From: Elusimicrobiota bacterium
GTDB taxonomy: Bacteria > CG03 > SLGR01 > JAGXOG01
Assembly: GCA_051745145.1 (NCBI GenBank)
Contig: JBNJDT010000021.1
Coordinates: 1-22,877, forward strand
Length of the DNA stretch: 22,877 nucleotides
Direction: 5' to 3'
The position numbers and the translations under genes were made by a program. The notes beneath the pieces were generated by a model. The model was not told the DNA's origin, made no database searches, and worked only from the letters and a program-made list of their open reading frames with translations. This document shows, piece after piece, positions 8,760 to 18,314 of this stretch; the first letter of the stretch is position 1, and each line of letters starts with the position of its first letter.

Positions 8760-9808
8760 ATTTTTCAGCAACTGTCTCCGGCTACTATGGTTTTAAAAAT
8801 TTAGGGGACCATATTATATTAAAAAATATTATAGCGGGGTTTCAGAAATTTCATCCCTCTTTAAAATTAAATATTTTTGTAAAATCTCCCAAAAATAATA
8901 GAAATTACAACAGTCAAAAAATTGATTTTATCAACCGGTATAATCCCTGGAAAATATTTACAAAATTATTTTCTTCCCGGGTCTTTATAATGGGCGGTGG
9001 CAGTATCCTGCAAGATACCACCGGCTTTTTTACTATTTACTACTACCTGCTGTTAATAATAATAGCTAAATGTCTTAACAATAAAGTGGTCATTTTTAAC
9101 CAGGGGATAGGTCCTGTGGAAAGTACAGTTAACCGGCAACTGGTAAAATTTATTTTATCATGGGTGGATCTTATTATTGTCCGGGATATACGCTCAAAAA
9201 AATTTTTATCCGAACTACTTCCCGGAAAAGAAATTATTTTAGGAGCTGACCATATATTTTTTGATAGATTGTCTCCTAAAGTTAATTCTAAAAAAAATAG
9301 TTATAAGAAAGATAAAATCTGCAGTATATCAATAAGAAAATGGAAAAACAATAAAGTTTTTCAAGTATTCAAAAAAACAGCTGAAATTTTAAGGGCAAAG
9401 GGCTGGCAATGCTTTAATATAGCTTTTCAGACCGGTAAGGATAATATTGATGAAAACAACCACATAACAAATATAAACTGGCAAAAGCCCAAAGATATAA
9501 TACACGTTTTAAAAAATTCTGATTTTTTAATAGGTATGCGTTTACACTCTTTGATGCTGGGAGCAAAATTGAATTTGTCAATGCTTGGAATAGTATACGA
9601 CCCAAAAGTAGAAACTTTCTGTAAATATATGAATATCCCCAGAATAAAAATAGACCATATAACCCCCGAACGTTTAATAAATAAAATTCAAAATAATTAC
9701 GGTAACACCCCGGATTACAGAGAAAAAATAACCCTGCTTGAAAAAAGACTTAATCAAAGCTGGAACATTCTGGGGGGATTTTTAGAGAGTATCCCTGAAA
9801 AAAGTTGA
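8750..9808 (+). CDS. csaB: Polysaccharide pyruvyl transferase CsaB
   Basis: Likely start is ATG 8750 (ORF track 8693). SGYYGFKNLGD, GGGSILQDTT, QGIGP, VRD..S, GMRLHSL, YDPKV are the CsaB motifs. Confidence 0.88.
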   Translation: MDLNFSATVSGYYGFKNLGDHIILKNIIAGFQKFHPSLKLNIFVKSPKNNRNYNSQKIDFINRYNPWKIFTKLFSSRVFIMGGGSILQDTTGFFTIYYYLLLIIIAKCLNNKVVIFNQGIGPVESTVNRQLVKFILSWVDLIIVRDIRSKKFLSELLPGKEIILGADHIFFDRLSPKVNSKKNSYKKDKICSISIRKWKNNKVFQVFKKTAEILRAKGWQCFNIAFQTGKDNIDENNHITNINWQKPKDIIHVLKNSDFLIGMRLHSLMLGAKLNLSMLGIVYDPKVETFCKYMNIPRIKIDHITPERLINKIQNNYGNTPDYREKITLLEKRLNQSWNILGGFLESIPEKS

Positions 9809-9833
9809 CAGAGAAATAATATTGCGATATAAT
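9805..9833 (+). promoter_or_regulatory. Perfect-consensus sigma70 promoter upstream of ruvC
   Basis: TTGACA (9805-9810, containing the csaB TGA stop), exactly 17 nt, TATAAT (9828-9833). Confidence 0.85.
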
Positions 9834-9895
9834 TATTTGGAGTAATTGCTTAGAAAATTATCAATTCTAAAAAATGTAAATAATTAAATATAAAT

Positions 9896-10399
9896 ATGTT
9901 TATAAAAATACTTGGTATAGACCCCGGACTGGCTAATCTGGGCTGGGGAGTTATAAAAATTGACAATAACAATGATGCTGAATTTATTGATTGTGGTTGT
10001 ATTAAAACAGCAAGCCAAAAAAGTACTGCTGAAAGATTAGGTTCTCTTTACACTGATATTTGTAAGGTCATAGAGAAACATGAGCCCGAAGAAGCAGCCC
10101 TGGAACAGATATTTTTTTCACGTAATGTAAAATCTGCCATAAAGGTGGCCCAGGCCCGGGGGGCAGTCATTGCCGCTCTTAACAATCACGGTTTAAAAAT
10201 TAAGGGATACTCCCCCCTACAGATAAAAAAAGCATTGGTGGGAACAGGGAAAGCAAAAAAAGATCAAGTTCAGTTTATGGTTAAAAATTTTTTAAAATTA
10301 AAAAAAGTGCCCCGTTCGGATCATAAAACAGATGCTCTGGCGGCAGCTTTGTGTCATTCCAATCACAGGAATTTAAATAAAATACTTAAAGCTAACTAA
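9896..10399 (+). CDS. ruvC: Holliday junction resolvase RuvC
   Basis: 167 aa; ILGIDPGLANLGWG, LEQIFF, QARG, YSPLQIKKALVGTGKAKKDQV, DHKTDALA; first gene of ruvCAB. Confidence 0.97.
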   Translation: MFIKILGIDPGLANLGWGVIKIDNNNDAEFIDCGCIKTASQKSTAERLGSLYTDICKVIEKHEPEEAALEQIFFSRNVKSAIKVAQARGAVIAALNNHGLKIKGYSPLQIKKALVGTGKAKKDQVQFMVKNFLKLKKVPRSDHKTDALAAALCHSNHRNLNKILKAN

Positions 10400-10995
10400 T
10401 GTACACTTATATAACAGGTAAACTTAAAGAAAAAAATAAAGATAATATTATTATAGAAAACTCCGGTCTGGGTTACAGACTTAAAATAGGTACGCAAACC
10501 TATAGTGATCTACCTCCGGAAAACAAGAATATTAAGCTATATACCCATCACTACATCCGGGAGGACGCAGAAATCCTATTCGGTTTTTCTACTACCGGCG
10601 AAAAAAAACTCTTTAAAATACTTTTAAAAGTATCTAACATAGGGCCGGGAAAAGCAATGGGGATTCTTTCGCAGATTTCTCCGGATCATTTTATCAGCGC
10701 CATCCGCAGCGAAGATATACCTTCCCTATCTTCTATTAAAGGAATCGGCAAAAAGACCGCGGAAAGACTTATTGTTGAACTAAGAGATAAAATTTCCGAT
10801 ATCTCCTCTTTCAGTGAAAAAAGCGCCAGTCAATATGACTCTTCTAAATTTAAAGAAGCTTTTGACGGATTAGTGGGTTTAGGGTTTAAAAGCAGAGAAG
10901 CCAGAAAATTTATTAACTCTGTAAAAAAAGACATTGATAAAGAAGCTACCACTCAGGAAATAATAAAAAGAGCCTTAACAAATGGAAAACAATAA
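10399..10995 (+). CDS. ruvA: Holliday junction branch migration protein RuvA
   Basis: 198 aa; [15 protein letters not shown], HhH motifs VSNIGPGKA and [19 protein letters not shown], domain III LVGLGF; TAATG overlap with ruvC. Confidence 0.97.
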   Translation: MYTYITGKLKEKNKDNIIIENSGLGYRLKIGTQTYSDLPPENKNIKLYTHHYIREDAEILFGFSTTGEKKLFKILLKVSNIGPGKAMGILSQISPDHFISAIRSEDIPSLSSIKGIGKKTAERLIVELRDKISDISSFSEKSASQYDSSKFKEAFDGLVGLGFKSREARKFINSVKKDIDKEATTQEIIKRALTNGKQ

Positions 10996-12022
10996 TACCT
11001 CCAGAGAAAAACAGGTTACTTCCCCGGAAACACTGAACAGCTCCGAACGCAGCGTTGAAATGGCTATAAGCCCTAAAAACTTTTCCGAATTTGTAGGCCA
11101 TAAACAGCTAAAGGAAAAACTCAGAATGTTTGTTGATGCTGCAAAAGGAAGAAAAGAATCTCTGGATCATACTCTATTCTACGGTCCCCCGGGCCTGGGC
11201 AAGACAACTCTGGCCCGGATCATCGCCCGGGAGATGAACGTAAATTTTCAAAAAACTTCCGGACCGGCCCTTGAAAAGCCCGGAGACCTGGCCGCCCTTT
11301 TAACTAATCTTTCCGATAATTCAGTATTTTTTATAGATGAAATTCATCGATTAAATAAAGTTGTCGAGGAAGCGTTATATCCGGCAATGCAAAATTTTCA
11401 GCTGGATATTATAGTCGGAGAAGGTCCTTCGGCTAAAAGCCTGAAGCTGGAATTGCCCCGTTTTACTTTAGCCGGGGCTACCACAAGAGCCGGGCTCATT
11501 ACCGGGGCTATGAGAGACCGTTTCGGTATCCAGGAAAGACTGAAATTTTATAAAGTTAAAGAGATAAAAGATATAGTGCTAAGATCCGCTAAAATTTTAA
11601 ATGTTAAAATTAAAAAAGCGGGAGCCAGAGAAATTGCCAAAAGAAGCCGGGGTACCCCCCGGATAGCTAACCGGCTCCTTAGGAGAGTCAGGGATTACGC
11701 CCAGGTAAAAGCTAACGGAATTATAACAAAAAAAGTTGCTGACCGGTCCCTTAAGATGTTTGATGTCGATAAAAAAGGCTTAGACGATATGGACCGAAAA
11801 ATTCTATCAACTATAATAAATAAATTTTCCGGAGGACCGGTAGGGTTAAACTCCTTGGCCGTGGCCGTGGGAGAAGAAGAAGAAACAATCTGCGAAATGT
11901 ATGAGCCGTATTTAATTCTTTCCGGATTTATCAAAAGGACTTCCGGCGGCAGAAAAGCAACCAAGCTGGCTTACCGGCATATGAATATAGAAATACCTTC
12001 AGAGGGAGACCTGTTTGAATGA
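10982..12022 (+). CDS. ruvB: Holliday junction branch migration ATPase RuvB
   Basis: 346 aa; Walker A GPPGLGKT, Walker [43 protein letters not shown]. Confidence 0.98.
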   Translation: MENNNTSREKQVTSPETLNSSERSVEMAISPKNFSEFVGHKQLKEKLRMFVDAAKGRKESLDHTLFYGPPGLGKTTLARIIAREMNVNFQKTSGPALEKPGDLAALLTNLSDNSVFFIDEIHRLNKVVEEALYPAMQNFQLDIIVGEGPSAKSLKLELPRFTLAGATTRAGLITGAMRDRFGIQERLKFYKVKEIKDIVLRSAKILNVKIKKAGAREIAKRSRGTPRIANRLLRRVRDYAQVKANGIITKKVADRSLKMFDVDKKGLDDMDRKILSTIINKFSGGPVGLNSLAVAVGEEEETICEMYEPYLILSGFIKRTSGGRKATKLAYRHMNIEIPSEGDLFE

Positions 12023-12918
12023 ACTATAGATATATTCCCTATCAGGCAAAAAATATTCTTTACAGATTTGACGATATGAATGGATTTTATAAGGCTAGGT
12101 ACTCCCTCAACCCTTACCGGGGTTGCATGGTAGGTTGCCGGTACTGTTACATTCAACTAAAAAAATACGCTGACTCCACCGGTTTGGAAGAGAAAAAAGA
12201 TCAGTTTCTGGAAATTAAAATAAATGCCCCCTATTTACTGAAGAAAAAGTTGAAAACTGATTTAAGACCTGAAATGATTGTTATAGGGGAATCATGCGAA
12301 CCATACGGCAAAGCCGAAGAAAAATATTTAATAACCAGAAGACTTCTTGAAATATTGGTTAATCACCAGTTCCCTATTCACATTGTTACCCGCTTTAACA
12401 GGGTTATAGAGGATCTTAAACTTTTAAAAAAGATAGACAACAAATCCTTTGCCTGTGTAACCGTATCGATACCGGTAGTTTCTAAAAAACTTGTAAATAA
12501 ACTGGAGGGAAATTCTCCCAGTGTAAAGGATAGGTTAAAAACCGTAAAATCTCTTAATAAACACGGTATAACAAGCGGCATTGCTTTAAGCCCGGTAATA
12601 CCCTATATTTCAGATGGTGAGGAAATCAATAAGGTTCTTAAAAAAGCGTATAAATACAATGCTTCTTATGTATTATATCATCCTCTTGTAATAAAAGATC
12701 ATCAGAAAAAAATGTTCATTTCCTGGCTGAAAGATAAGTACCCCCGTCTGGTTGACCCGTATAAACGCCTGTATGCAGATAATGAACTTCCCGAGAAAGA
12801 GTACAGAGATAAATTTTTTAAAAAATTCAAGAAAAAAGCTCAGGATTTAAATTTAAAGCTTGAGGTGCCCTACGAACCTGATATAGGATACAGTCAGAAA
12901 GTAATGGATTTAAAATGA
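12019..12918 (+). CDS. Radical SAM protein, SplB-related (Rv2578c/PA0069/MJ0683-like), probably DNA-repair associated
   Basis: 299 aa; [16 protein letters not shown] (CxxxCxxC), [40 protein letters not shown] overlap with ruvB. Confidence 0.82.
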   Translation: MNYRYIPYQAKNILYRFDDMNGFYKARYSLNPYRGCMVGCRYCYIQLKKYADSTGLEEKKDQFLEIKINAPYLLKKKLKTDLRPEMIVIGESCEPYGKAEEKYLITRRLLEILVNHQFPIHIVTRFNRVIEDLKLLKKIDNKSFACVTVSIPVVSKKLVNKLEGNSPSVKDRLKTVKSLNKHGITSGIALSPVIPYISDGEEINKVLKKAYKYNASYVLYHPLVIKDHQKKMFISWLKDKYPRLVDPYKRLYADNELPEKEYRDKFFKKFKKKAQDLNLKLEVPYEPDIGYSQKVMDLK

Positions 12919-12922
12919 TACT

Positions 12923-13456
12923 ATGAACAAAAATGTCTTAATTCATACCTGCTGTGCTCCATGCCTGTGTTTTCCGGCTGAAATTTTAAAAAAGGATTAC
13001 AATATCACCGGATACTGGTACAATCCCAATATACAGGGTTTTAGAGAATACGAAAAAAGATTGATGACTACAGGACATTACGCAAATTTAACGGATACTG
13101 ATTTTATTATAGAAGACTACCGCTTACAGGAATGGTTGAATAATATGACCGATTTTTCTAAACCGAAAAGATGCGAAACATGTTATGAAATTCGCCTTGA
13201 AAAAACAGCAAAAGTGGCCCAGCAGAAAGATATGGGCTTTTTTACTACAACTCTGTTATACAGCAAGTTTCAAAATCACGATCTGATAAAAGATATCGGG
13301 GAAAATTTAGCTAAAAAATATAGCCCTGAATTTTTATATAAAGATTTTCGCAAGGGGTGGAAAAAAGGTATAAAAATTTCTAAAGAACTGGGGCTGTACA
13401 GACAGGAATACTGCGGTTGTATATTATCGGAAAAAGAGCGGTACGGTGTATCTTAA
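12923..13456 (+). CDS. queH: Epoxyqueuosine reductase QueH (DUF208)
   Basis: 177 aa; HTCCAPC, YNPNI, RCETCYEIRL, FTTTL, YRQEYCGC. Confidence 0.92.
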   Translation: MNKNVLIHTCCAPCLCFPAEILKKDYNITGYWYNPNIQGFREYEKRLMTTGHYANLTDTDFIIEDYRLQEWLNNMTDFSKPKRCETCYEIRLEKTAKVAQQKDMGFFTTTLLYSKFQNHDLIKDIGENLAKKYSPEFLYKDFRKGWKKGIKISKELGLYRQEYCGCILSEKERYGVS

Positions 13457-16400
13457 AAAATTAAAAATTTTCGGTTTTAAATCTTTTGCCGATGAGGTTA
13501 CTTTTGAATTTAATAAAGGTATAGCGGCTGTAGTCGGACCAAACGGATGCGGCAAATCCAATGTCGTAGATGCTTTTAACTGGGTCTTAGGTGAACAAAG
13601 CCCATCCAAACTCCGGGGCGAAAAAATGACAGATATGTTATTTAAAGGTTCCCGTTCCAGAGAACCTCTTAGTTACGCTTATGTAGAGCTCATTATGGAT
13701 AACTCCAAAGATTTACTTCCCGTGGATTATAATGAGGTTACTATAACCAGAAAATTATACCGGTCCGGAGAAAGTGAGTATTTTATAAATAAAAATCCCT
13801 GCCGGCTCAAAGATATTAAACAGCTGTTTTTAGATACAGGCATCGGAACCCGGTCATATTCAGTAATGGAACAAAATAATGTTGATTTAATTTTAAACAG
13901 CTCCCCCCAGGAAAGACGGAGTATTATTGAAGAAGTTGCGGGCACCCGTAAATATAAAGAGAAAAAGCTGGAAACCCAGCGGCGTCTGGAAAGAATAAGG
14001 GATGATCTGGGAGAAGTGAAAAATATAATGGCGGAAGTCCAGAAAAACATTAGACGATTAAAACGTCAAACAAACCGGGCAAAACGGTATAAAAGATATA
14101 AAAAAGAGTTGCGCTATCTGACAATCAGTCAGTTATGCCAGGAATATAAAGATATTGACAAAAAATTAAATGACAAATTAAAAAATATCCATACTCTTGA
14201 AAAAGAGATAGCTGATTTATCCTCAAAAAAAGGAAGATTAACTAAAAAAGTAACTGATCTGGAAAACAAAAAAGAAGAAACCGATGAGTTAATAATTGAG
14301 AAAAATAAAAAAATAAGTCAGGTGAAAAGTCAAATTACAATAATTTCAGAAAGAATAAATAATTTTAAATCAACTCAAAAACGTCTACAAACAGAAATAG
14401 AAAGATTAAATTCCAACCTTAAATACAATAAGAAGAGTATCAAAGAATTAAATGATAAAATAGAATCGGCCACTGAATCCAATTCCAAAAACAAACTGGA
14501 GCAGAATTACCGGGACTTTAAGGAAAAATCAGAAAAGCTCAGTGAGAAAAAGCAGAATTTATCCCAAAAAATTAAAGATATAAAAAATAGTATTGAAAAT
14601 TCCGAACGAGATCTTTCCGGACTCAGAAATAAAAAGATAGATTTAAAGAGCCAGAAAAAGGCATCCCAGACTAAACTTCAAGAATTAAAAGAGAAAAAAG
14701 AAGAGTTAGCTTCCTCTTACGAAGAGATAAATAAGACAATACAAAAAGAAGAAAAACACGTAAAAAAAATACAGGAAGATATACAGGGGGTAACTGAAAA
14801 CAACAAAAAATTACAGAAAAAACTTAATGTTTTAAATGAAAACCTGAAAACAGCTGAAAAAAAACGGGAAGATTTACTCAAAGAATATCATACTCGAAAA
14901 AGTGAACTGGATTCAGGGAAAAAATATTTACCCCAGCTATTAAGTATTGAAAAAATAGCCGATGAAAATTTTACGGGCATACAGGGTCCTATCTCTGCTA
15001 TCTTGAAAGAAAATTTATCTGAAAAAAACTTTAAAAAGATAATTTCGCTTATAGGCGAAAAATCAAGCTGGATGATCGCTCAAAATCGCAAAAAAGTAAT
15101 TAAAGCAATTACCTTTCTCAAGAAAAATAATTTCCCACCGCTTACTTTTATTATTTTAGATCATCTTCCTGAAAAAAAAATCAGTACAAATTTACCCGTA
15201 CAAATAGATATTGAAGAAAAATATGAAAAAATTATAGCTTACCTGACTGAAAACTGTAAAATAAAAGATGACCTGATCTGGAAAGACAATTGCGTCATTA
15301 CCGGCGGCGGGGAAATACCCGTAAGATCCAGACATCTTTTAAGTTTAGAAAACGATATAAAACAACTAAAAAAGAAACTTACTCAAAAAGAGAAAGAGAT
15401 AGAAGATATTAAAAATAATAAAGAAGACATTAGAGAAAAAATTAATGACATAAATTCCAAAAAAGATAAATTCAGAAACAAACTCTTTAAGACAAACCAG
15501 AAAATCAGTCAACTTCAAGGAAATTATGAATATACCGGCGCAGAACTCGAAAAAACCAAAGATCTATTATCCAATATTAAAGAGGACCGGAAAAACAAAA
15601 CCAAAATTAACGGTTTAATTAAAAAAGAAAAGAAAATTAATAATAATATATTTCAAAAGACTAAAAAACTTCAAAATTTAGAAAACAAACTTACAAAAAT
15701 TACGGAAAAACTGGCTGAAGTGAATGCTCATAAAAACAATTTAAAGGAACAAAAAAATCAACAGAAAAATAATATTAAAAAATTTAAAAATGACAGAAAA
15801 CGGTTACAAGAAGATATTGAAAATATAAAAAAGTCCCTTCAGGATCTAACCGCTCAACTTAAAAATAATAAGAAACGGAACACCAAAGACAAAGATAAAA
15901 TTGCCGATTTGGAAAAAGAAAAAACCGGATTGACAAAAATAATACAGAAAAAAGAGAAACAGAGAAACGAGTATATTTCCGTTTTAAAAAGAAAAAAGAA
16001 AGACTTAAAAACATGTACAACTAAACTGGAAAAAAAGAAAGAATCCGCCGGAAATAAAAAACAGACAAAGAGCCGCTTAAAGGAAAGAATAAAAAATATA
16101 AAAAACCGTTTAAACGAAGATATGGAAATAAGCTTAAAAAAAGCTCTTAAAGATTATCGCAAAGAAAAAGTAAACAGGGAAGAGATAACGGATTTAAAAA
16201 ATAAAATTTCACGCATCGGTAATGTCAACTTAGAAGCTCCTTCGGAATACAAAAAGGAACAGGAAAGATTTGATTTTATCCGCGAGCATGTCGAAGATTT
16301 GGAAAGTTCTGATGAAAATTTACAAAAAATAATACACAATATAGAGAAAAATACCCGCAAAAAATTTGAAGAAACTTTTAATAAGGTCAATAAAAATTTT

Positions 16401-16832
16401 CAAAAAATATTTAAAAAATTATTTGAGGGGGGTTCCGCTCGACTGGAATTAACTGATTCGGATAACCTTTTAGAAAGCGGTATCAAAATAAAAGCAAAAC
16501 CCGCCGGGAAAAAGATGAACTCTTTAAAACTAATTTCCGGAGGCGAAAAATCAATGTGTGCCATAGCTTTGATGTTCGCGGTTTATGAAGTTAAACCCAC
16601 GCCTTTTTGTATCCTCGATGAAGTGGATTCCCAGCTGGATGAAACAAATCTCCGCCGATTTTTAAGAATGCTGAATGACTATACGGATACAACCCAGTTT
16701 ATAATGATTACTCATAATAAATTAACCATGGAAATATGCGACACGTTCTACGGAGTTACTATGGAGGAGTTTGGAGTTTCAAAAATAATTTCGGTAAAAC
16801 TGCGGGAGGCACGGGCGGCCGCAGAACAATAA
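13446..16832 (+). CDS. smc: Chromosome segregation ATPase SMC
   Basis: 1128 aa, GTG start; GFKSF, Walker A GPNGCGKSN, long coiled coils around a shortened hinge, GNVNLEA, signature ISGGEKS, Walker B ILDEVD, ITH. Confidence 0.95.
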   Translation: MYLKKLKIFGFKSFADEVTFEFNKGIAAVVGPNGCGKSNVVDAFNWVLGEQSPSKLRGEKMTDMLFKGSRSREPLSYAYVELIMDNSKDLLPVDYNEVTITRKLYRSGESEYFINKNPCRLKDIKQLFLDTGIGTRSYSVMEQNNVDLILNSSPQERRSIIEEVAGTRKYKEKKLETQRRLERIRDDLGEVKNIMAEVQKNIRRLKRQTNRAKRYKRYKKELRYLTISQLCQEYKDIDKKLNDKLKNIHTLEKEIADLSSKKGRLTKKVTDLENKKEETDELIIEKNKKISQVKSQITIISERINNFKSTQKRLQTEIERLNSNLKYNKKSIKELNDKIESATESNSKNKLEQNYRDFKEKSEKLSEKKQNLSQKIKDIKNSIENSERDLSGLRNKKIDLKSQKKASQTKLQELKEKKEELASSYEEINKTIQKEEKHVKKIQEDIQGVTENNKKLQKKLNVLNENLKTAEKKREDLLKEYHTRKSELDSGKKYLPQLLSIEKIADENFTGIQGPISAILKENLSEKNFKKIISLIGEKSSWMIAQNRKKVIKAITFLKKNNFPPLTFIILDHLPEKKISTNLPVQIDIEEKYEKIIAYLTENCKIKDDLIWKDNCVITGGGEIPVRSRHLLSLENDIKQLKKKLTQKEKEIEDIKNNKEDIREKINDINSKKDKFRNKLFKTNQKISQLQGNYEYTGAELEKTKDLLSNIKEDRKNKTKINGLIKKEKKINNNIFQKTKKLQNLENKLTKITEKLAEVNAHKNNLKEQKNQQKNNIKKFKNDRKRLQEDIENIKKSLQDLTAQLKNNKKRNTKDKDKIADLEKEKTGLTKIIQKKEKQRNEYISVLKRKKKDLKTCTTKLEKKKESAGNKKQTKSRLKERIKNIKNRLNEDMEISLKKALKDYRKEKVNREEITDLKNKISRIGNVNLEAPSEYKKEQERFDFIREHVEDLESSDENLQKIIHNIEKNTRKKFEETFNKVNKNFQKIFKKLFEGGSARLELTDSDNLLESGIKIKAKPAGKKMNSLKLISGGEKSMCAIALMFAVYEVKPTPFCILDEVDSQLDETNLRRFLRMLNDYTDTTQFIMITHNKLTMEICDTFYGVTMEEFGVSKIISVKLREARAAAEQ

Positions 16833-16845
16833 AATTTAATTACTC

Positions 16846-17571
16846 ATGCTTAAACCATATTCTAAAAATGAAATATTGCAGAAAGCACTCCGGTTCAGCA
16901 ACAAAAGGGATAAAGCGCAAAATATTGTAACCCTAAATACGCTTATGCTTTTAGAAGGATGGAGGGAACAAGAATTTTTAGATACATTAAAAAGAGCAGA
17001 TTTATTAATTTCAGACAGTGTGGGTATAAGTATATCCGCTACTTTATTTTCACTAATATCATATAACAAAGACACAAATATTATACGCCGTTATCCGGGA
17101 ATAGAGTTAATGCAAACTTTAATTAAAAAAGGGAAAAAATCTTTTTTTTTAGGCGGTAAAAAAGGAGTAGCTAAAACAGCTGCTCAAAAACTAAAAAAAA
17201 AATTCAGCAATACAAAAATTTGCGGCTACCATCACGGTTATTTTTCAGATGAGCAGGAAAAAAAAATCATAGAAAATATTAACAGGGTAAGGCCCCAAAT
17301 ATTATTTGTAGGTTTGAATATGAAACAGCAAGAGTTCTGGATAGACCGCAATAAAAATTCAATCAATGCCGGTTTAATAATGGGAGTGGGGGGGAGTTTT
17401 GACGTTTTAAGCGGTAATTTAAAAAGAGCACCGGTTTTATTTAGGATATCCGGTTTAGAATGGACCTGGCGATTAATGATAGAACCCTGGAGACTACTTA
17501 GAATATTGAATTTACCGGTTTTTGTAGTAAAAGCCATGTACCGGTTTTTTGCCGGGAAAAACTTATTTTAG
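16846..17571 (+). CDS. WecB/TagA/CpsF (GT26) glycosyltransferase, TagA-like ManNAc transferase
   Basis: 241 aa; ADLLISDSVGI, RYPGIELM, FFLGG, GYHHGYF, QEFWI, GVGGSFD, RAP..R.SGLEW.WRL..EPWR. Confidence 0.9.
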   Translation: MLKPYSKNEILQKALRFSNKRDKAQNIVTLNTLMLLEGWREQEFLDTLKRADLLISDSVGISISATLFSLISYNKDTNIIRRYPGIELMQTLIKKGKKSFFLGGKKGVAKTAAQKLKKKFSNTKICGYHHGYFSDEQEKKIIENINRVRPQILFVGLNMKQQEFWIDRNKNSINAGLIMGVGGSFDVLSGNLKRAPVLFRISGLEWTWRLMIEPWRLLRILNLPVFVVKAMYRFFAGKNLF

Positions 17572-17575
17572 ATAT

Positions 17576-18313
17576 ATGTTATACGGAATAATATCTGATA
17601 TTCACGGAAATTATAATGCCGCCAAGGCGGTAATGTCTTTTCTAAAAGAAAAGAATGTAGATCGTATTATTAACTGCGGGGATATCGTTGGTTACGGTCC
17701 TGAACCTAATAAATGTATAAATTTAATTCGCAATAATTCCGATTTATACACCGTAATAGGTAATCACGATCACGCTGTAATAGATTATAAAAATGCCTAT
17801 CACTTTAACCCGATGGCCTCCCGGGCGGTAAAATGGACCCGGAATCATATAACTTCAGAAAACTTAAATTTTCTGTCTGCTCAGGATTATAAAAAAGAAG
17901 AAGATAATTTTATGTTTGTGCACGGGAGTCCCCGGGCACCTATGTCAGAATACGTGCTGGATATTTCTGTGGCATATATAAATTTTAAAAAAATAGAAAA
18001 ACAGATATGTTTTATAGGTCATACACATTTTCCGGCTTGTTTTGAACAAAACCGACATAAAAGAGTGAGAATAAAAGAATTTACTCCGGATAAAATGGTA
18101 AAGATTAAAGATAATTACCGGTATATCATAAATGCGGGCTCTGTAGGACAACCCAGGGACGGCGATCCTAAAGCTTGCGCCTGTCTTTATGATACTGATT
18201 CCCAAAAGGTAAGCCTACATCGTATTAAATACAATATAGAAGATACTCAAAATAAAATTTTATCTGAAAAACTGCCTAAATTTTTAGCCCAAAGATTAAC
18301 CCGGGGAAAATAA
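17576..18313 (+). CDS. Calcineurin-like metallophosphoesterase (MJ0912/ApaH-related)
   Basis: Likely start is ATG 17576 (ORF track 17549). Complete metal-binding set: SDIHGN, GDIVGYG, GNHD, HGSP, GHTH, NAGSVGQPRDG. Confidence 0.9.
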   Translation: MLYGIISDIHGNYNAAKAVMSFLKEKNVDRIINCGDIVGYGPEPNKCINLIRNNSDLYTVIGNHDHAVIDYKNAYHFNPMASRAVKWTRNHITSENLNFLSAQDYKKEEDNFMFVHGSPRAPMSEYVLDISVAYINFKKIEKQICFIGHTHFPACFEQNRHKRVRIKEFTPDKMVKIKDNYRYIINAGSVGQPRDGDPKACACLYDTDSQKVSLHRIKYNIEDTQNKILSEKLPKFLAQRLTRGK

Positions 18314-18314
18314 T

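Noticed and set aside
9846..9887. Possible 13-codon leader peptide (TTG start after GGAG) upstream of ruvC
   Set aside because: SD-start spacing is only 3 nt, the GGAG overlaps the predicted transcription start, and there is no attenuator structure.
14050..16200. A-rich low-complexity stretches as possible repeats or a CRISPR array
   Set aside because: Explained by the Lys/Glu/Asn-rich SMC coiled coils; no regularly spaced repeats.
16800..16860. Possible frameshift removing the N-terminal strand of the TagA-like gene
   Set aside because: An in-frame stop lies at 16837-16839, no convincing homologous sequence is present in other frames, and the 241-aa length is normal for the family.
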